NCBI GenBank assembly: GCA_964395655.1
Contig: CAYNBB010000001.1
Coordinates: 7,121 to 71,120 of the forward strand
Length of the DNA stretch: 64,000 bases
Origin: an uncultured Azospirillaceae bacterium
GTDB taxonomy: Bacteria; Pseudomonadota; Alphaproteobacteria; RF32; CAG-239
Direction of reading: 5' to 3'
Below are positions 48,308 to 57,989 of this stretch, piece by piece; position 1 is the stretch's first letter; the number at the start of each line of letters is the position of its first letter. Below the pieces are notes generated by a model. The model was not told the origin of the DNA. It saw only the letters and a program-made list of their open reading frames with translations, and did not search any database. The translations under genes were made by a program, and so were the position numbers.

Positions 48308-49732
48308 TTATTTTATATAAACGGTATGCAGCATGTTTGTCCTTCCCGCAACATTAAGCGGGAAACCGGCCGTAATAATGATATGATCGCCGGATTTGGC
48401 CATGCCGGATTTGACGATTGCCTTAACGGCGCAACCTTCAACCTTCTCAAAACTCTTGAAACTTTCTTTGTTGATATAAGGGCGTACACCCCAAACCAAA
48501 ACCAGACGGCGTGCTACCTCGGCATGCGGCGTCAGCGCCAAAATCGGCAGCGACGGACGTTCGCGGGCAGTCAAGAAAGTCGTAAATCCGGAAGTCGTAT
48601 ATGAAACGATCGCCTTGACGTTTTTCAAAACCGAAGAAAGCTCGCTCGCTGCAAAACTGATCGAATCTGCCTCACTGGCATTGCTGGGAATCCGGCGCGC
48701 ATTTTGCAAAAGCTGATAAAACAAAGGATCCGCCTCAACCTGCGAGACGATTTTGTGCATCATCTTAACCGCTTCAACCGGGTATTTTCCTGCGGCGGTC
48801 TCAGCCGAAAGCATAACCGTATCGGCACCGTCGTAAACAGCCGTCGCCACGTCGGAAACTTCGGCGCGGGTCGGGTTCGGATTATTAATCATCGACTCAA
48901 GCATCTGTGTGGCAATAATCACCGGACGAGCGTATTTGCGACAGGCGGCAACAATTTTTTTCTGCAACACCGGCACAACCTGTATCGGACACTCGACGCC
49001 CAAATCGCCGCGCGCCACCATAATCGCGTCGGATTCCTGAATAATGTTGTCCAAATCTTCAATCGCGCTCGGCTTCTCAAGTTTGGAAATGACCCACGCG
49101 CGGCCGTTAATCAGCTTTTTGGCAAACTGAACATCTTCAACTTTCTGCACAAAAGACAAACCGATCCAGTCAACACCGAGCTTGAGCGCAAATTCCAGAT
49201 CGTCGCGGTCTTTGGCCGTGATCGCCGAAATCGGCAATTGCGTATTGGGCAGGTTAACCCCCTTGTGGCTCGAGATAACGCCGCCCACCTTAACCTTGGT
49301 CACGGCATGTTTTTTGTCGCAACTCATTACTTTCAGGACAATATAACCGTCGTTCACCAGCAAATCGTCGCCGGGCTTGAGCGCCTGAAAAATCTCTTTG
49401 TGCGGCAAACAGACTCGAGAATCGTCACCAGGTTCGGGATCAAGATCGAGTACAAAAGTCTGCCCTTCTTTCAACAAAACGCTGTCATTGCGAAAAGTTC
49501 CCACCCGCAGTTTCGGCCCCTGCAAATCGGCCAGAATAGAGATAAAACGGCCTTTTTCCTTTTCGAGCTGACGAATGATTTTAACACGTGCCTTATGCTC
49601 GGCATGGGTTCCGTGACTGAAATTGATGCGGAAAGCATCTGCACCGGCGTCAATCAACTTTTCGAGCTGCTCCCTGGAAGCTGAAGACGGCCCGACAGTG
49701 GCCAGAATTTTGGTGTGGGTATCAATCGGCAT
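48308..49732 (-). CDS. pyk: Pyruvate kinase
   Basis: PK barrel and C-terminal domain. Motifs MVARGDLGVE and TQMLESM. Confidence 0.95.
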   Translation of the reverse strand: MPIDTHTKILATVGPSSASREQLEKLIDAGADAFRINFSHGTHAEHKARVKIIRQLEKEKGRFISILADLQGPKLRVGTFRNDSVLLKEGQTFVLDLDPEPGDDSRVCLPHKEIFQALKPGDDLLVNDGYIVLKVMSCDKKHAVTKVKVGGVISSHKGVNLPNTQLPISAITAKDRDDLEFALKLGVDWIGLSFVQKVEDVQFAKKLINGRAWVISKLEKPSAIEDLDNIIQESDAIMVARGDLGVECPIQVVPVLQKKIVAACRKYARPVIIATQMLESMINNPNPTRAEVSDVATAVYDGADTVMLSAETAAGKYPVEAVKMMHKIVSQVEADPLFYQLLQNARRIPSNASEADSISFAASELSSVLKNVKAIVSYTTSGFTTFLTARERPSLPILALTPHAEVARRLVLVWGVRPYINKESFKSFEKVEGCAVKAIVKSGMAKSGDHIIITAGFPLNVAGRTNMLHTVYIK

Positions 49733-49898
49733 ATTACACAATCCTTATATTGTTAAAACTTCAATGTTCAAACTATACCTCAGAATATCTTAAAAAGCTC
49801 TTATTTTTTTTCGCATCATCCACAAATTTATTACTTGTCAAACGCTGCAAATTTTGCTAGCTTCCTTTTCAATATAGTTTCAAACAAAGGAGATTAGA

Positions 49899-50153
49899 AT
49901 GAGTGAAGAAAATGCCGAAGTCGGCGGAATTGCCGTAGACAGACTGCGCTCCCTGATTGAGCGCATTGAAAGACTGGAAGAAGAAAAAGCCGCCATTGCC
50001 TCTGACATTCGCGACATTTTTGCCGAAGCCAAATCTGCCGGCTTCGACGTTAAAATCATGCGCACCGTTATCAAACTGCGCAAGATGAACGCCGCCGACC
50101 GCGACGAACAGGAATTCCTGCTTGAGACTTACCGCAAAGCCCTGGACATTTAG
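49899..50153 (+). CDS. gapR: GapR-like nucleoid-associated protein (DUF2312)
   Basis: 84 aa. LRSLIERIERLEEEKAAIASDIRDIFAEAKSAGFDVKIMRTVIKLRK closely matches Caulobacter GapR. Confidence 0.85.
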   Translation: MSEENAEVGGIAVDRLRSLIERIERLEEEKAAIASDIRDIFAEAKSAGFDVKIMRTVIKLRKMNAADRDEQEFLLETYRKALDI

Positions 50154-50668
50154 AGTTTTAAAACAATTCCGATAACAGCAGAAAGCCCCAGATAAAAGAC
50201 GGGGCTTTTTTTATAAAAGCGAATTGAAGCAAACATAATCGCAAAAATCAGTCCGTGCGTCAAATCCGCCAAACTGATTTTAGCCAACTCCAACCCGGCA
50301 AAAAGGATCAGAGCAATCACCGCCGGACGAACCCCTTCCAGCATTGTATTAACGCGGCGATTGCAGCGATATTTGTTCATCAGGCGACAGATTGCCACAA
50401 TCACGATTAGAGACGGCGTCACCAAGCCCAACGTGGCAATCAGGCCACCCAAAATTCCCGCCGCGTTAAAACCGGCATAAGTCGCCATATTGACCCCGAT
50501 GGGGCCGGGCGTGGATTCTGCAACGGCAATCATATCGGTCAGCTCCTTGGCGGTAAACCAGCCATAGGCCTCGCTCAAATCGAACAAAAACGGCACCGTC
50601 ACCAAACCGCCGCCGATGGCAAACAATCCAATCTTGAAAAATTCAAAAAACAAAAGAAGATAAATCAT
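50150..50668 (-). CDS. chrA: Chromate transporter ChrA, short C-terminal-type half
   Basis: CHR domain (FFKIGLFAIGGGLVTVPFL). Start at the MIYLLLF Met, ATGA overlap with the upstream half. Confidence 0.8.
   Translation of the reverse strand: MIYLLLFFEFFKIGLFAIGGGLVTVPFLFDLSEAYGWFTAKELTDMIAVAESTPGPIGVNMATYAGFNAAGILGGLIATLGLVTPSLIVIVAICRLMNKYRCNRRVNTMLEGVRPAVIALILFAGLELAKISLADLTHGLIFAIMFASIRFYKKSPVFYLGLSAVIGIVLKL
50185..50214 (+). terminator. gapR terminator (hairpin plus T7) embedded in the 3' coding region of the convergent chrA gene
   Basis: agccccagataaaagacggggct followed by TTTTTTT. The stop codons of gapR and chrA overlap. Confidence 0.6.
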
Positions 50669-51201
50669 TTTCCGGCATACTCCCCGATCAGAAGCGCCGA
50701 CAAAGCGGCGGCAATCACTACCCATACCGCCGACAGGCTAAAGACGCCGAGCAGCGCGACCGCAAGCACAAAAACGGTACCGTCGGCATAATTGCGGACA
50801 TTCTTCCGCCATAAGTCCACCAGCACACTTGCGATCAAGGCCACCACACCGATGCGGATTCCCGCAAAAGCATAGCTTACATAGCGATTATACATATATT
50901 GTCTGAGCACCATCGCAATCAGAGTAATAATCAGCAACGACGGAAAAACCATTCCGAACGTCGCGGCGACGGCTCCTTTGAACCGCGCCTGCCGATAGCC
51001 GATAAACGTCGCTACGTTAATTGCGATAATTCCGGGGGTACACTGCCCGATTGCATACATGTCAAGCAGTTCATCCTCACTGAGCAGTCGTCGTTTGGAA
51101 ACCAGTTCGTCCTTGAGAAGCGGCAGCATCGCATAACCGCCGCCGAAGGTAAACAGCCCGATTTTGAAAAACAATAAAAATAAATCTTTTAAGCTCTGCA
51201 T
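50665..51201 (-). CDS. chrA: Chromate transporter ChrA, short N-terminal-type half
   Basis: CHR domain (FFKIGLFTFGGGYAMLPLL). Paired with the second half, as in short-ChrA systems. Confidence 0.8.
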   Translation of the reverse strand: MQSLKDLFLLFFKIGLFTFGGGYAMLPLLKDELVSKRRLLSEDELLDMYAIGQCTPGIIAINVATFIGYRQARFKGAVAATFGMVFPSLLIITLIAMVLRQYMYNRYVSYAFAGIRIGVVALIASVLVDLWRKNVRNYADGTVFVLAVALLGVFSLSAVWVVIAAALSALLIGEYAGK

Positions 51202-51283
51202 TTGTTTCGCCGTTGTTAATTTGCTCTGACTGACTATATTTCAATTTAGTTTTACATATCGTTAAAAAACGAAAGACCAAACA

Positions 51284-52321
51284 ATGTTTATCGCTATTCC
51301 CAAAGAAACGGCTCCCGGAGAAACCCGCGTTGCCGCCACGCCGGAAACCGTTCGCCGCTATATCGAAATGAAATGCCGCGTCAGCATCGAAACCGGAGCA
51401 GGAATCAAATCCGGCTTTGATGACGTCCTTTATCGAGAGGCCGGCGCCGATATTATTCCGGCCGAACAAATATATAAGCAGGCCGATACAATCATCAAGA
51501 TCCGCGCGCCCCTTTCCGACGAACGGCCGCTGCTCCAAAACGGACAAACGATTATCGCTTCCTTTGCCGGCGCAGATTCGCCGGAAACTTTTGCGGTCAA
51601 AGGCCTGACCTGTTTTGCGCTGGAAAAAATTCCGCGCATTTCGCGCGCTCAGAACATGGATATTTTATCATCGCAAAGCAATCTCGCCGGGTACAAAGCA
51701 GCAATAGACGCCGCAACCCATGCCGCCGTAACTTTTCCGCTGCTGATGACGGCGGCCGGAACGCTTACCCCGGCCAGAGTTCTTATTCTGGGCATCGGCG
51801 TTGCCGGTTTGCAGGCTGCGGCCACCGCAAGACGTCTGGGAGCACAGGTTTATGCCTCGGACATTCGTCCCGAAACGGAAGAACAGATCCGCTCGCTCGG
51901 CGCCCGTTTTATTCCCTCGGAAGCCATTGCCGAACGTCTGATGCAAACCGACGTTCTGATTACCGCCGCGCTGTCCTCCGGCAAAACGGCTCCGCGCCTG
52001 GTCAGCGCCGACTTGCTGCAAAAAATGCCCAAAGGCAGCGTCGTTATCGACCTAGCGGCGGCTTCAGGCGGAAACGTTGAAGGAATCAGAGACGGAAAAA
52101 CCGTCCGTCAAAACGGTCTGACGCTCATCGGCGCCGGAAATCTGGCGACAGGGCTTCCTCATTCGGCCAGTCGGCTCTTTGCACAAAACGTACTGAATTT
52201 TTTAACTTCGGCTTTTAATCCCCAAACGGCGGAATTTAACTTTAATTTCGAAGACGAAATAATTGCTTCAACCTGTATCGTCAAAAACGGACGTTTGTTC
52301 GACAAGGAGAAAAAGCAATGA
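51284..52321 (+). CDS. pntAA: NAD(P) transhydrogenase subunit alpha part 1 (dI)
   Basis: Alanine dehydrogenase/PNT fold with an NAD-binding GxGxxG ([12 protein letters not shown]). Confidence 0.92.
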   Translation: MFIAIPKETAPGETRVAATPETVRRYIEMKCRVSIETGAGIKSGFDDVLYREAGADIIPAEQIYKQADTIIKIRAPLSDERPLLQNGQTIIASFAGADSPETFAVKGLTCFALEKIPRISRAQNMDILSSQSNLAGYKAAIDAATHAAVTFPLLMTAAGTLTPARVLILGIGVAGLQAAATARRLGAQVYASDIRPETEEQIRSLGARFIPSEAIAERLMQTDVLITAALSSGKTAPRLVSADLLQKMPKGSVVIDLAAASGGNVEGIRDGKTVRQNGLTLIGAGNLATGLPHSASRLFAQNVLNFLTSAFNPQTAEFNFNFEDEIIASTCIVKNGRLFDKEKKQ

Positions 52322-52602
52322 ATTTCTGGATGCTGATTACCGTCTTCATGCTGGCCTGCTTTATCGGCTATTTTGTGGTCTGGGGCGTCACGCCGGCACT
52401 GCATTCGCCCTTAATGAGCGTGTCCAACGCTATTTCCGGAATCATTATCGTCGGCGCGCTCATTACGGCTGCCGCCCCGGAAACAAACGTTTCCAAAGTC
52501 CTCGGTTTGATTGCCGTTTTTCTGGCTTCAATAAACATTTTCGGAGGTTTTGCCGTTTCGCAGCGCATGCTTTCAATGTTCAAGAAAAAGGATAAAAAAT
52601 AA
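52318..52602 (+). CDS. pntAB: NAD(P) transhydrogenase subunit alpha part 2 (membrane dII-a)
   Basis: 94 aa with three TM helices. Overlapping stop/start with its neighbours. Confidence 0.9.
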   Translation: MNFWMLITVFMLACFIGYFVVWGVTPALHSPLMSVSNAISGIIIVGALITAAAPETNVSKVLGLIAVFLASINIFGGFAVSQRMLSMFKKKDKK

Positions 52603-53963
52603 TGCTCTCCGATTTTCTTCCCGCTTCTTACACCCTGTCTTCGGCAATGTTTATTTTGGCAATTCGCGGTTTAGCCTCGCCGCATACTGCCCGCAACGGC
52701 AATTTAATCGGCATTTTCGGTATGCTTCTGGCCGTTTTGGCAACAGTCTGGTCGCCGCCGGTTTCCGAATATCTTTGCTCTTTTGTTGCAATTGTTTCGG
52801 GCGGCGTAATCGGCGTCTATATTGCCCTCAAAGCCAAGATGACCTCTCTGCCGCAGATGATTGCCGCATTCAACGGCCTCGGAGGTCTGGCCGCCGTATT
52901 CATTGCTCTGGCCGAAATCCTGGCCGGTTCAAACGCCTATTTTGACGTCTCGGTCGGCATAATCATCGGTGCACTGGCCTTTTCCGGCTCAATGGCTGCC
53001 TTTGCCAAATTGCAGGGGCTTATTCAGTCCAAAGCGTTTACTTTTCGCTTTCAGCTGCAGCTTAACCTGCTTCTGGCTCTGACGGTTATCGGGCTGTGCA
53101 TCGCTTTCCTTCTCTCGCCTCAGACGGATATTTTTCTCTGGCTCGGAGGTATCGCAATTCTGCTCGGTTTTTTGCTGATTTTACCGATCGGCGGCGCCGA
53201 TATGCCGATTGTCATATCAATTCTTAACGCCTTTTCGGGCTGGGCGGCCGTCGGAATCGGTTTTTCACTCAGCAACGTTTTGCTGATTATTACCGGTTCA
53301 ATCGTCGGTGCCAGCGGCACCATTCTTTCTTATATCATGGTCAAAGCCATGAATCGCTCGCTTGCCAACGTTTTGTTCAGCGGATTCGGAAGCCGGGAAA
53401 CAACGTCAGCAGAGACCGACGGAAACAAAACCGCCCGCGCCGGTTCGCCGCAGGATGCCGCATACATAATGGAAAACGCAAACAAAGTCATCATCGTTCC
53501 CGGCTACGGCATGGCGGTTGCCCAAGCTCAACATGTTTTGCGTGAAATGGCTCAGGATCTGCGCACGATTTATGACGTTGAAGTCAAATTTGCGATTCAC
53601 CCGGTCGCCGGCCGCATGCCCGGACACATGAATGTGCTGCTGGCTGAAGCCGACGTTCCCTATGAAGACGTTTTTGCACTTGAAGACATCAACCGCGAAT
53701 TTGCCTCTGCCGACGTCGCCTACGTCATCGGTGCCAACGACATTACCAATCCGCTGGCCAAAAACGACGCTTCTTCGCCGATTTTCGGCATGCCGATACT
53801 TGAGGTCGAAAAAGCCAAAACCGTTTTCTTTGTAAAAAGGTCTCTGGGCAGCGGCTATTCCGGCGTCGAAAATCCGTTGTTTTTTGCCGAAAACACTATC
53901 ATGCTCTATGGCGACGCCAAGCGGATAACCGCAGAAATCGTCAGCGCACTGGAAAAGAAGTAA
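52602..53963 (+). CDS. pntB: NAD(P) transhydrogenase subunit beta
   Basis: Multi-TM N-terminus and a dIII NADP-binding C-terminal domain (GYGMAVAQAQ). Confidence 0.95.
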   Translation: MLSDFLPASYTLSSAMFILAIRGLASPHTARNGNLIGIFGMLLAVLATVWSPPVSEYLCSFVAIVSGGVIGVYIALKAKMTSLPQMIAAFNGLGGLAAVFIALAEILAGSNAYFDVSVGIIIGALAFSGSMAAFAKLQGLIQSKAFTFRFQLQLNLLLALTVIGLCIAFLLSPQTDIFLWLGGIAILLGFLLILPIGGADMPIVISILNAFSGWAAVGIGFSLSNVLLIITGSIVGASGTILSYIMVKAMNRSLANVLFSGFGSRETTSAETDGNKTARAGSPQDAAYIMENANKVIIVPGYGMAVAQAQHVLREMAQDLRTIYDVEVKFAIHPVAGRMPGHMNVLLAEADVPYEDVFALEDINREFASADVAYVIGANDITNPLAKNDASSPIFGMPILEVEKAKTVFFVKRSLGSGYSGVENPLFFAENTIMLYGDAKRITAEIVSALEKK

Positions 53964-54106
53964 TTTACCTGTATTTTTCACTTCTGCCGTACCTCTTGCC
54001 AACATATTTTTTGTGTTTTTGATAAAAATTTTATCAGGATGTTAATTTTTTGGGTTTAAACTCAGTCTGTTTTCGTTAATTTATATAACCATGAGATAGA
54101 AAATTT

Positions 54107-56038
54107 ATGCATGCAATTCATACTCTGATTGTCGATCTGACCCTGATTACGATTTATGCCGGTATTACCACGCTGATATTTAAAAAGCTCAAGCAACCTA
54201 CCGTTCTCGGCTATATTCTGGCCGGCATTTTTGCCGGACCGTTTTTTAACTTCGTGCCAACCGTCTCTGATAAAGAAAACCTTACCCTTTGGGCTGACAT
54301 CGGCGTTATTTTCCTGCTCTTCGGCCTCGGACTTGAGTTCAGCTTCAACAAGATGATGAATGTCGGCAAATCGGCCATGATTACCGCGACCGCCAATATT
54401 TTCTTTATGCTGTTTTTAGGCTACAACACCGGACTTTTGCTCGGCTGGCCGGTAATCGACAGTTTCTTTCTGGGCTCCATGATTTCAATGTCTTCCACCA
54501 CCATTATCATCAAAGCTTTTGATGACCTCAACGTCAAAAAACAGCGTTTTACCGATCTGGTCTTCGGCGTTCTGATTGTTGAAGACATTGTCGGCATTTT
54601 ACTGTTGGTTTTGCTTCCGACGATTGCGCTCGGCAGCACCATCGACAGCAAGGAACTTGCCATCAGCACGGCCAAACTGGTCTTCTTTTTGGTTTTGTGT
54701 TTTGTCATCGGCATTTATCTGGTTCCGACGTTTCTTAAAAAAATATCGGCATTCCTTAATGATGAAATGCTTTTGCTCATAACAATCAGCCTTTGTTTCG
54801 GCATGGTTCTGCTGGCAACCTCATCCGGATTTTCGTCTGCTCTCGGCGCCTTTATCATGGGGTCGATTCTCGCAGAAACCGAAATCATCGAAAAAATCGA
54901 AAAAAACTTTAAGCCGCTTAAAGACTTTTTCGGCGCAGTCTTTTTCGTCTCGGTCGGCATGATGGTCGACCCCGCGATGTTCGTCAAATACGCCTGGCCG
55001 ATTCTGGTAATAACGACCATTGTCATCTTCGGCAAGGTTTTGTTTTCCTGCTTTGGTTTTCTGCTTTCGGGCCAGACCCTGAAAACTTCGATTCAAGGAG
55101 GTTTCTCGCTTGCGCAGGTCGGCGAATTCGCTTTTATTATCGCCAGCCTCGGCATGAGCATCGGCGTTTTGAATCAGCGGGTATATCCGATAATCGTCGC
55201 CGTTTCGGTCATCACCACATTTTTAACGCCGATGATGATTAAGGCGTCGGATCCGGTCTACAAAAAAATTTCCAGACTTCTGCCTCAAAAGTGGAATACG
55301 ATGATTGAACGCAACACTTCTCTTGCCGACGAAACCCGTATGGAAGAACGCCGCTGGAAACTTCTGTTCAAAAGCTATTTCCTGCGTCTCGTATTGTTCA
55401 GTATGCTGCTCTACACCATCATCGCCTTGTCCGCCTACTTCATTCGTCCGTTTGTTTATGAGCTGATCCCGGGGAATCTCGGCGCGCGACTGGCCGTCAC
55501 CGCCATCACTTTTATTCTGACGGCGCCGTTTCTTAAGGCTCTGATCGGCTGGGAAACCATTCTGCCTCTGTATCTTAAAGAAAAAATATCGCTGCTGGCC
55601 TGCAAAATGAGTTCGGCTTCCAGCGAAGAAGCCAAACAGACAATTCTCAAAAGGCTTGAAAACAAATTTGACTTCTGCAGCGTCAGCAACGAAGCTGAAG
55701 ATGCGCGCAACTTTTTTATATCCAACAACAAAATTGCTGCACTTTATTATAAACTCTGGATGTCTAAAAAACTTAACCGTCTGCCGCTGATTTTGCTCAC
55801 GAGCTTCCGGCTGCTGCTGGTTTTGTTTTTCATAGCCGTTATTATTCATCAGTTCCTGACTGAAAATTCGCGTGTGACGCTGGCGCTTGCCGTTATTGCG
55901 ATTCTTATTATTTCGCAATCACGCTGGCTGTTCAACCAATATATGAGTATTGAAACTCAGTTTCTGAAAAACCTTAACGGCAATCGTCGAGAAGAAGCTC
56001 CATCGACGGAAGGAGACCAGAAAACGACGGAAAAATAA
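54107..56038 (+). CDS. Cation:proton antiporter (CPA family) with an extra C-terminal membrane domain
   Basis: About 12 TM helices with Na+/H+ exchanger family motifs, followed by a further ~250-aa region with TM helices. Confidence 0.75.
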   Translation: MHAIHTLIVDLTLITIYAGITTLIFKKLKQPTVLGYILAGIFAGPFFNFVPTVSDKENLTLWADIGVIFLLFGLGLEFSFNKMMNVGKSAMITATANIFFMLFLGYNTGLLLGWPVIDSFFLGSMISMSSTTIIIKAFDDLNVKKQRFTDLVFGVLIVEDIVGILLLVLLPTIALGSTIDSKELAISTAKLVFFLVLCFVIGIYLVPTFLKKISAFLNDEMLLLITISLCFGMVLLATSSGFSSALGAFIMGSILAETEIIEKIEKNFKPLKDFFGAVFFVSVGMMVDPAMFVKYAWPILVITTIVIFGKVLFSCFGFLLSGQTLKTSIQGGFSLAQVGEFAFIIASLGMSIGVLNQRVYPIIVAVSVITTFLTPMMIKASDPVYKKISRLLPQKWNTMIERNTSLADETRMEERRWKLLFKSYFLRLVLFSMLLYTIIALSAYFIRPFVYELIPGNLGARLAVTAITFILTAPFLKALIGWETILPLYLKEKISLLACKMSSASSEEAKQTILKRLENKFDFCSVSNEAEDARNFFISNNKIAALYYKLWMSKKLNRLPLILLTSFRLLLVLFFIAVIIHQFLTENSRVTLALAVIAILIISQSRWLFNQYMSIETQFLKNLNGNRREEAPSTEGDQKTTEK

Positions 56039-56121
56039 ACAAGCAACCTCACCGGTTTAAAAGCGGTAAACTTCCGAAGCGCAGGCCTTGCAAGTCGCTT
56101 ACGCCCAAACACGGAGAATAC

Positions 56122-56153
56122 AAAAAAACCTCCTGCTTTTTTACAGCAGGAGG
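56122..56153 (-). terminator. Rho-independent terminator of fba
   Basis: cctcctgcttttttacagcaggagg followed on the minus strand by TTTTTTT. Confidence 0.8.
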
Positions 56154-56179
56154 TCTCTGTAAAGATGTCTAATCAGAGA

Positions 56180-57229
56180 TTAGATTTCGCCGTCGGCATA
56201 GCGCTTGGCCATGACAGACATCGGAATTACCTTGATCTTATCCGCATGACCGGCAGCTCCGAACGCAATATAGCGTGCTTCGCAGACTTTTTGCATTTCT
56301 TCAATCGCCGGTTTGAGATATTTGCGCGGATCAAACTCTTTGGGATTCTCGGCAAAAATCTTGCGGATGGCACCGGTAATAGCCATACGACAGTCAGTAT
56401 CGACATTGACTTTGCGAACGCCGGACTTAATGCCGCGGACAATTTCTTCAACAGGAACACCGTAGGTTTGCGGAATACCGCCGCCGTAAGCGTTAATCAA
56501 ATCCTGCAGCTCCTGCGGAACCGAAGAAGAACCATGCATAACCATGTGCGTGTTGGGCAGTTTTTTGTGAATTTTTTCAATCGTCTCAATTGAAAGAATC
56601 TCGCCGTCGGGTTTGCGCGTAAATTTGTAAGCGCCGTGAGAAGTTCCGACAGCAACGGCCAGTGCATCCAGATGCGTTTCTTCCACGAAGCGGGCGGCCT
56701 CGTCGGGATCGGTAACCAGACGTTTTTTATCAATGACGCCTTCGGCACCGTGGCCGTCTTCCTTGTCGCCCTTGCCGGTTTCCAAAGAACCGATAACGCC
56801 GAGCTCTCCTTCAACCGAAGCACCGACCGCATGCGCGCGGGCAACGACTTCCTTGGTGACGCGGACGTTGTATTCAAAAGAAGAAGGCGTTTTGCCGTCT
56901 GCTTCAAGAGAGCCGTCCATCATAACCGAAGAATAACCGTTGACAATTGCCGACTGGCAGACGTTTACGGAAGAACCGTGATCCTGATGCAGGCAAATCG
57001 GCAGTTCCGGAAACATTTCGATTCCGGCGGCAACCATGTGACGTATCATCGGATCGCCGGCAAACTTGCGGGCACCGGTCGAAGTTTGCAAAATAACCGG
57101 GGCATTGACCTTTCTGGCCGCCTGCAAAACTGCAATGACCTGTTCCATATCGTTAATATTAAAAGCGGGAACGCCGTAATCGTTTTCGGCCGCATGGTCG
57201 AGAATTTGGCGCATGGTAACTAAAGGCAT
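56180..57229 (-). CDS. fba: Fructose-bisphosphate aldolase class II
   Basis: [27 protein letters not shown]-type N-terminus and Zn ligands. The start at the MPLV Met is preferred. Confidence 0.92.
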   Translation of the reverse strand: [349 protein letters not shown]

Positions 57230-57312
57230 CGTTTTCTCCTTATGATATGAATTAACTGCAAACACTATATAGCGGCGGTGTTTTTTTGCAACAGATTTTT
57301 GGATTTTGACAC

Positions 57313-57352
57313 AAAAAAGCCCCAGACAGTTTTATCAACTGCCGGGGCTTTT
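57313..57352 (-). terminator. Hairpin terminator downstream of orf161
   Basis: aaaaaagccccagacag...ctgccggggctttt. Confidence 0.55.
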
Positions 57353-57356
57353 CATC

Positions 57357-57842
57357 TTAGCCTTTTTCACGGCGATAGAACGTTTCCGTGATAATCTCAC
57401 AATCACTGCCGCGAACGGCATAACGCCATTCGGTGTTCATAACGGCGCGAAACGTATTGTTTGGCCGATAAACGCTTTCGCTTTCAAGCACCTGCAACGG
57501 CAAAACGACTACTTTGCGCGGTTTGTTCTTGTCGTTTTTGAATGCCTTTACCATGACGACGAAACGGTTTCCGAGTTTTTCTCCCGTATACAGTTCCCGC
57601 CACCACAGTTTTACTCTCTGCCAAAGAGAAAGCTCTTTACGGCAAACATCCGTTTTATAAAAAACGACATAGCCGTTAAGACGCTTATAACCGAAATCTT
57701 TTAACTTAAGGCGTCCGAGACAAACTTCATCATCGGTTAATTTCGGACAGGCTCTTCTCATTATGTCGGCCGCATGACTGCGCCATACTACGTTGACAGC
57801 GTCGGTTTCCCGAGGTGCTGTTTTAATTTGGGTTTTATTCAT
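57357..57842 (-). CDS. Hypothetical protein (161 aa), basic and Trp-rich
   Basis: An ORF with a candidate promoter (TTGACA-N17-TATTTT). No family assigned. Confidence 0.5.
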   Translation of the reverse strand: MNKTQIKTAPRETDAVNVVWRSHAADIMRRACPKLTDDEVCLGRLKLKDFGYKRLNGYVVFYKTDVCRKELSLWQRVKLWWRELYTGEKLGNRFVVMVKAFKNDKNKPRKVVVLPLQVLESESVYRPNNTFRAVMNTEWRYAVRGSDCEIITETFYRREKG

Positions 57843-57885
57843 ATAATTTATTAATATAGTTATCGTTGTTCAAAATATGCCTTTT

Positions 57886-57960
57886 TGACAATTTTGTCAA
57901 TTATTTTATAAGCAAAAAGTTTGTCAATTGTTAAAGGTTATACACGCGCAGGTTGACAAA
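57886..57960. promoter_or_regulatory. Cluster of four TTGACAA/TTGTCAA heptamers in 75 bp (a fifth lies at 58011), including the palindrome TTGACAA-TT-TTGTCAA
   Basis: Read directly: TTGACAA at 57886, TTGTCAA at 57894, TTGTCAA at 57922, TTGACAA at 57954 and TTGACAA at 58011. About 8 copies of this heptamer are expected by chance in the whole 64 kb. Confidence 0.5.
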
Positions 57961-57989
57961 TAATATAATTCGGCGGAAAGTCGCGCTTT

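Noticed and set aside
49742-49898. Possible CtrA box (TTAA-N7-TTAA) in the gapR promoter
   Set aside because: Only TTAA and GTTCAA fragments with wrong spacing are present. A TTGTCA-N17-TAGCTT sigma70-like promoter is a more economical explanation.
57886-57960. Reading the TTGACAA cluster merely as ordinary sigma70 -35 hexamers
   Set aside because: This is not fully rejected. Several copies do coincide with plausible -35 positions (orf161 here, flagellin at 22042-22047). However, five copies in 140 bp, arranged as inverted pairs, exceeds what promoters alone need, so it is kept as a finding with the caveat.
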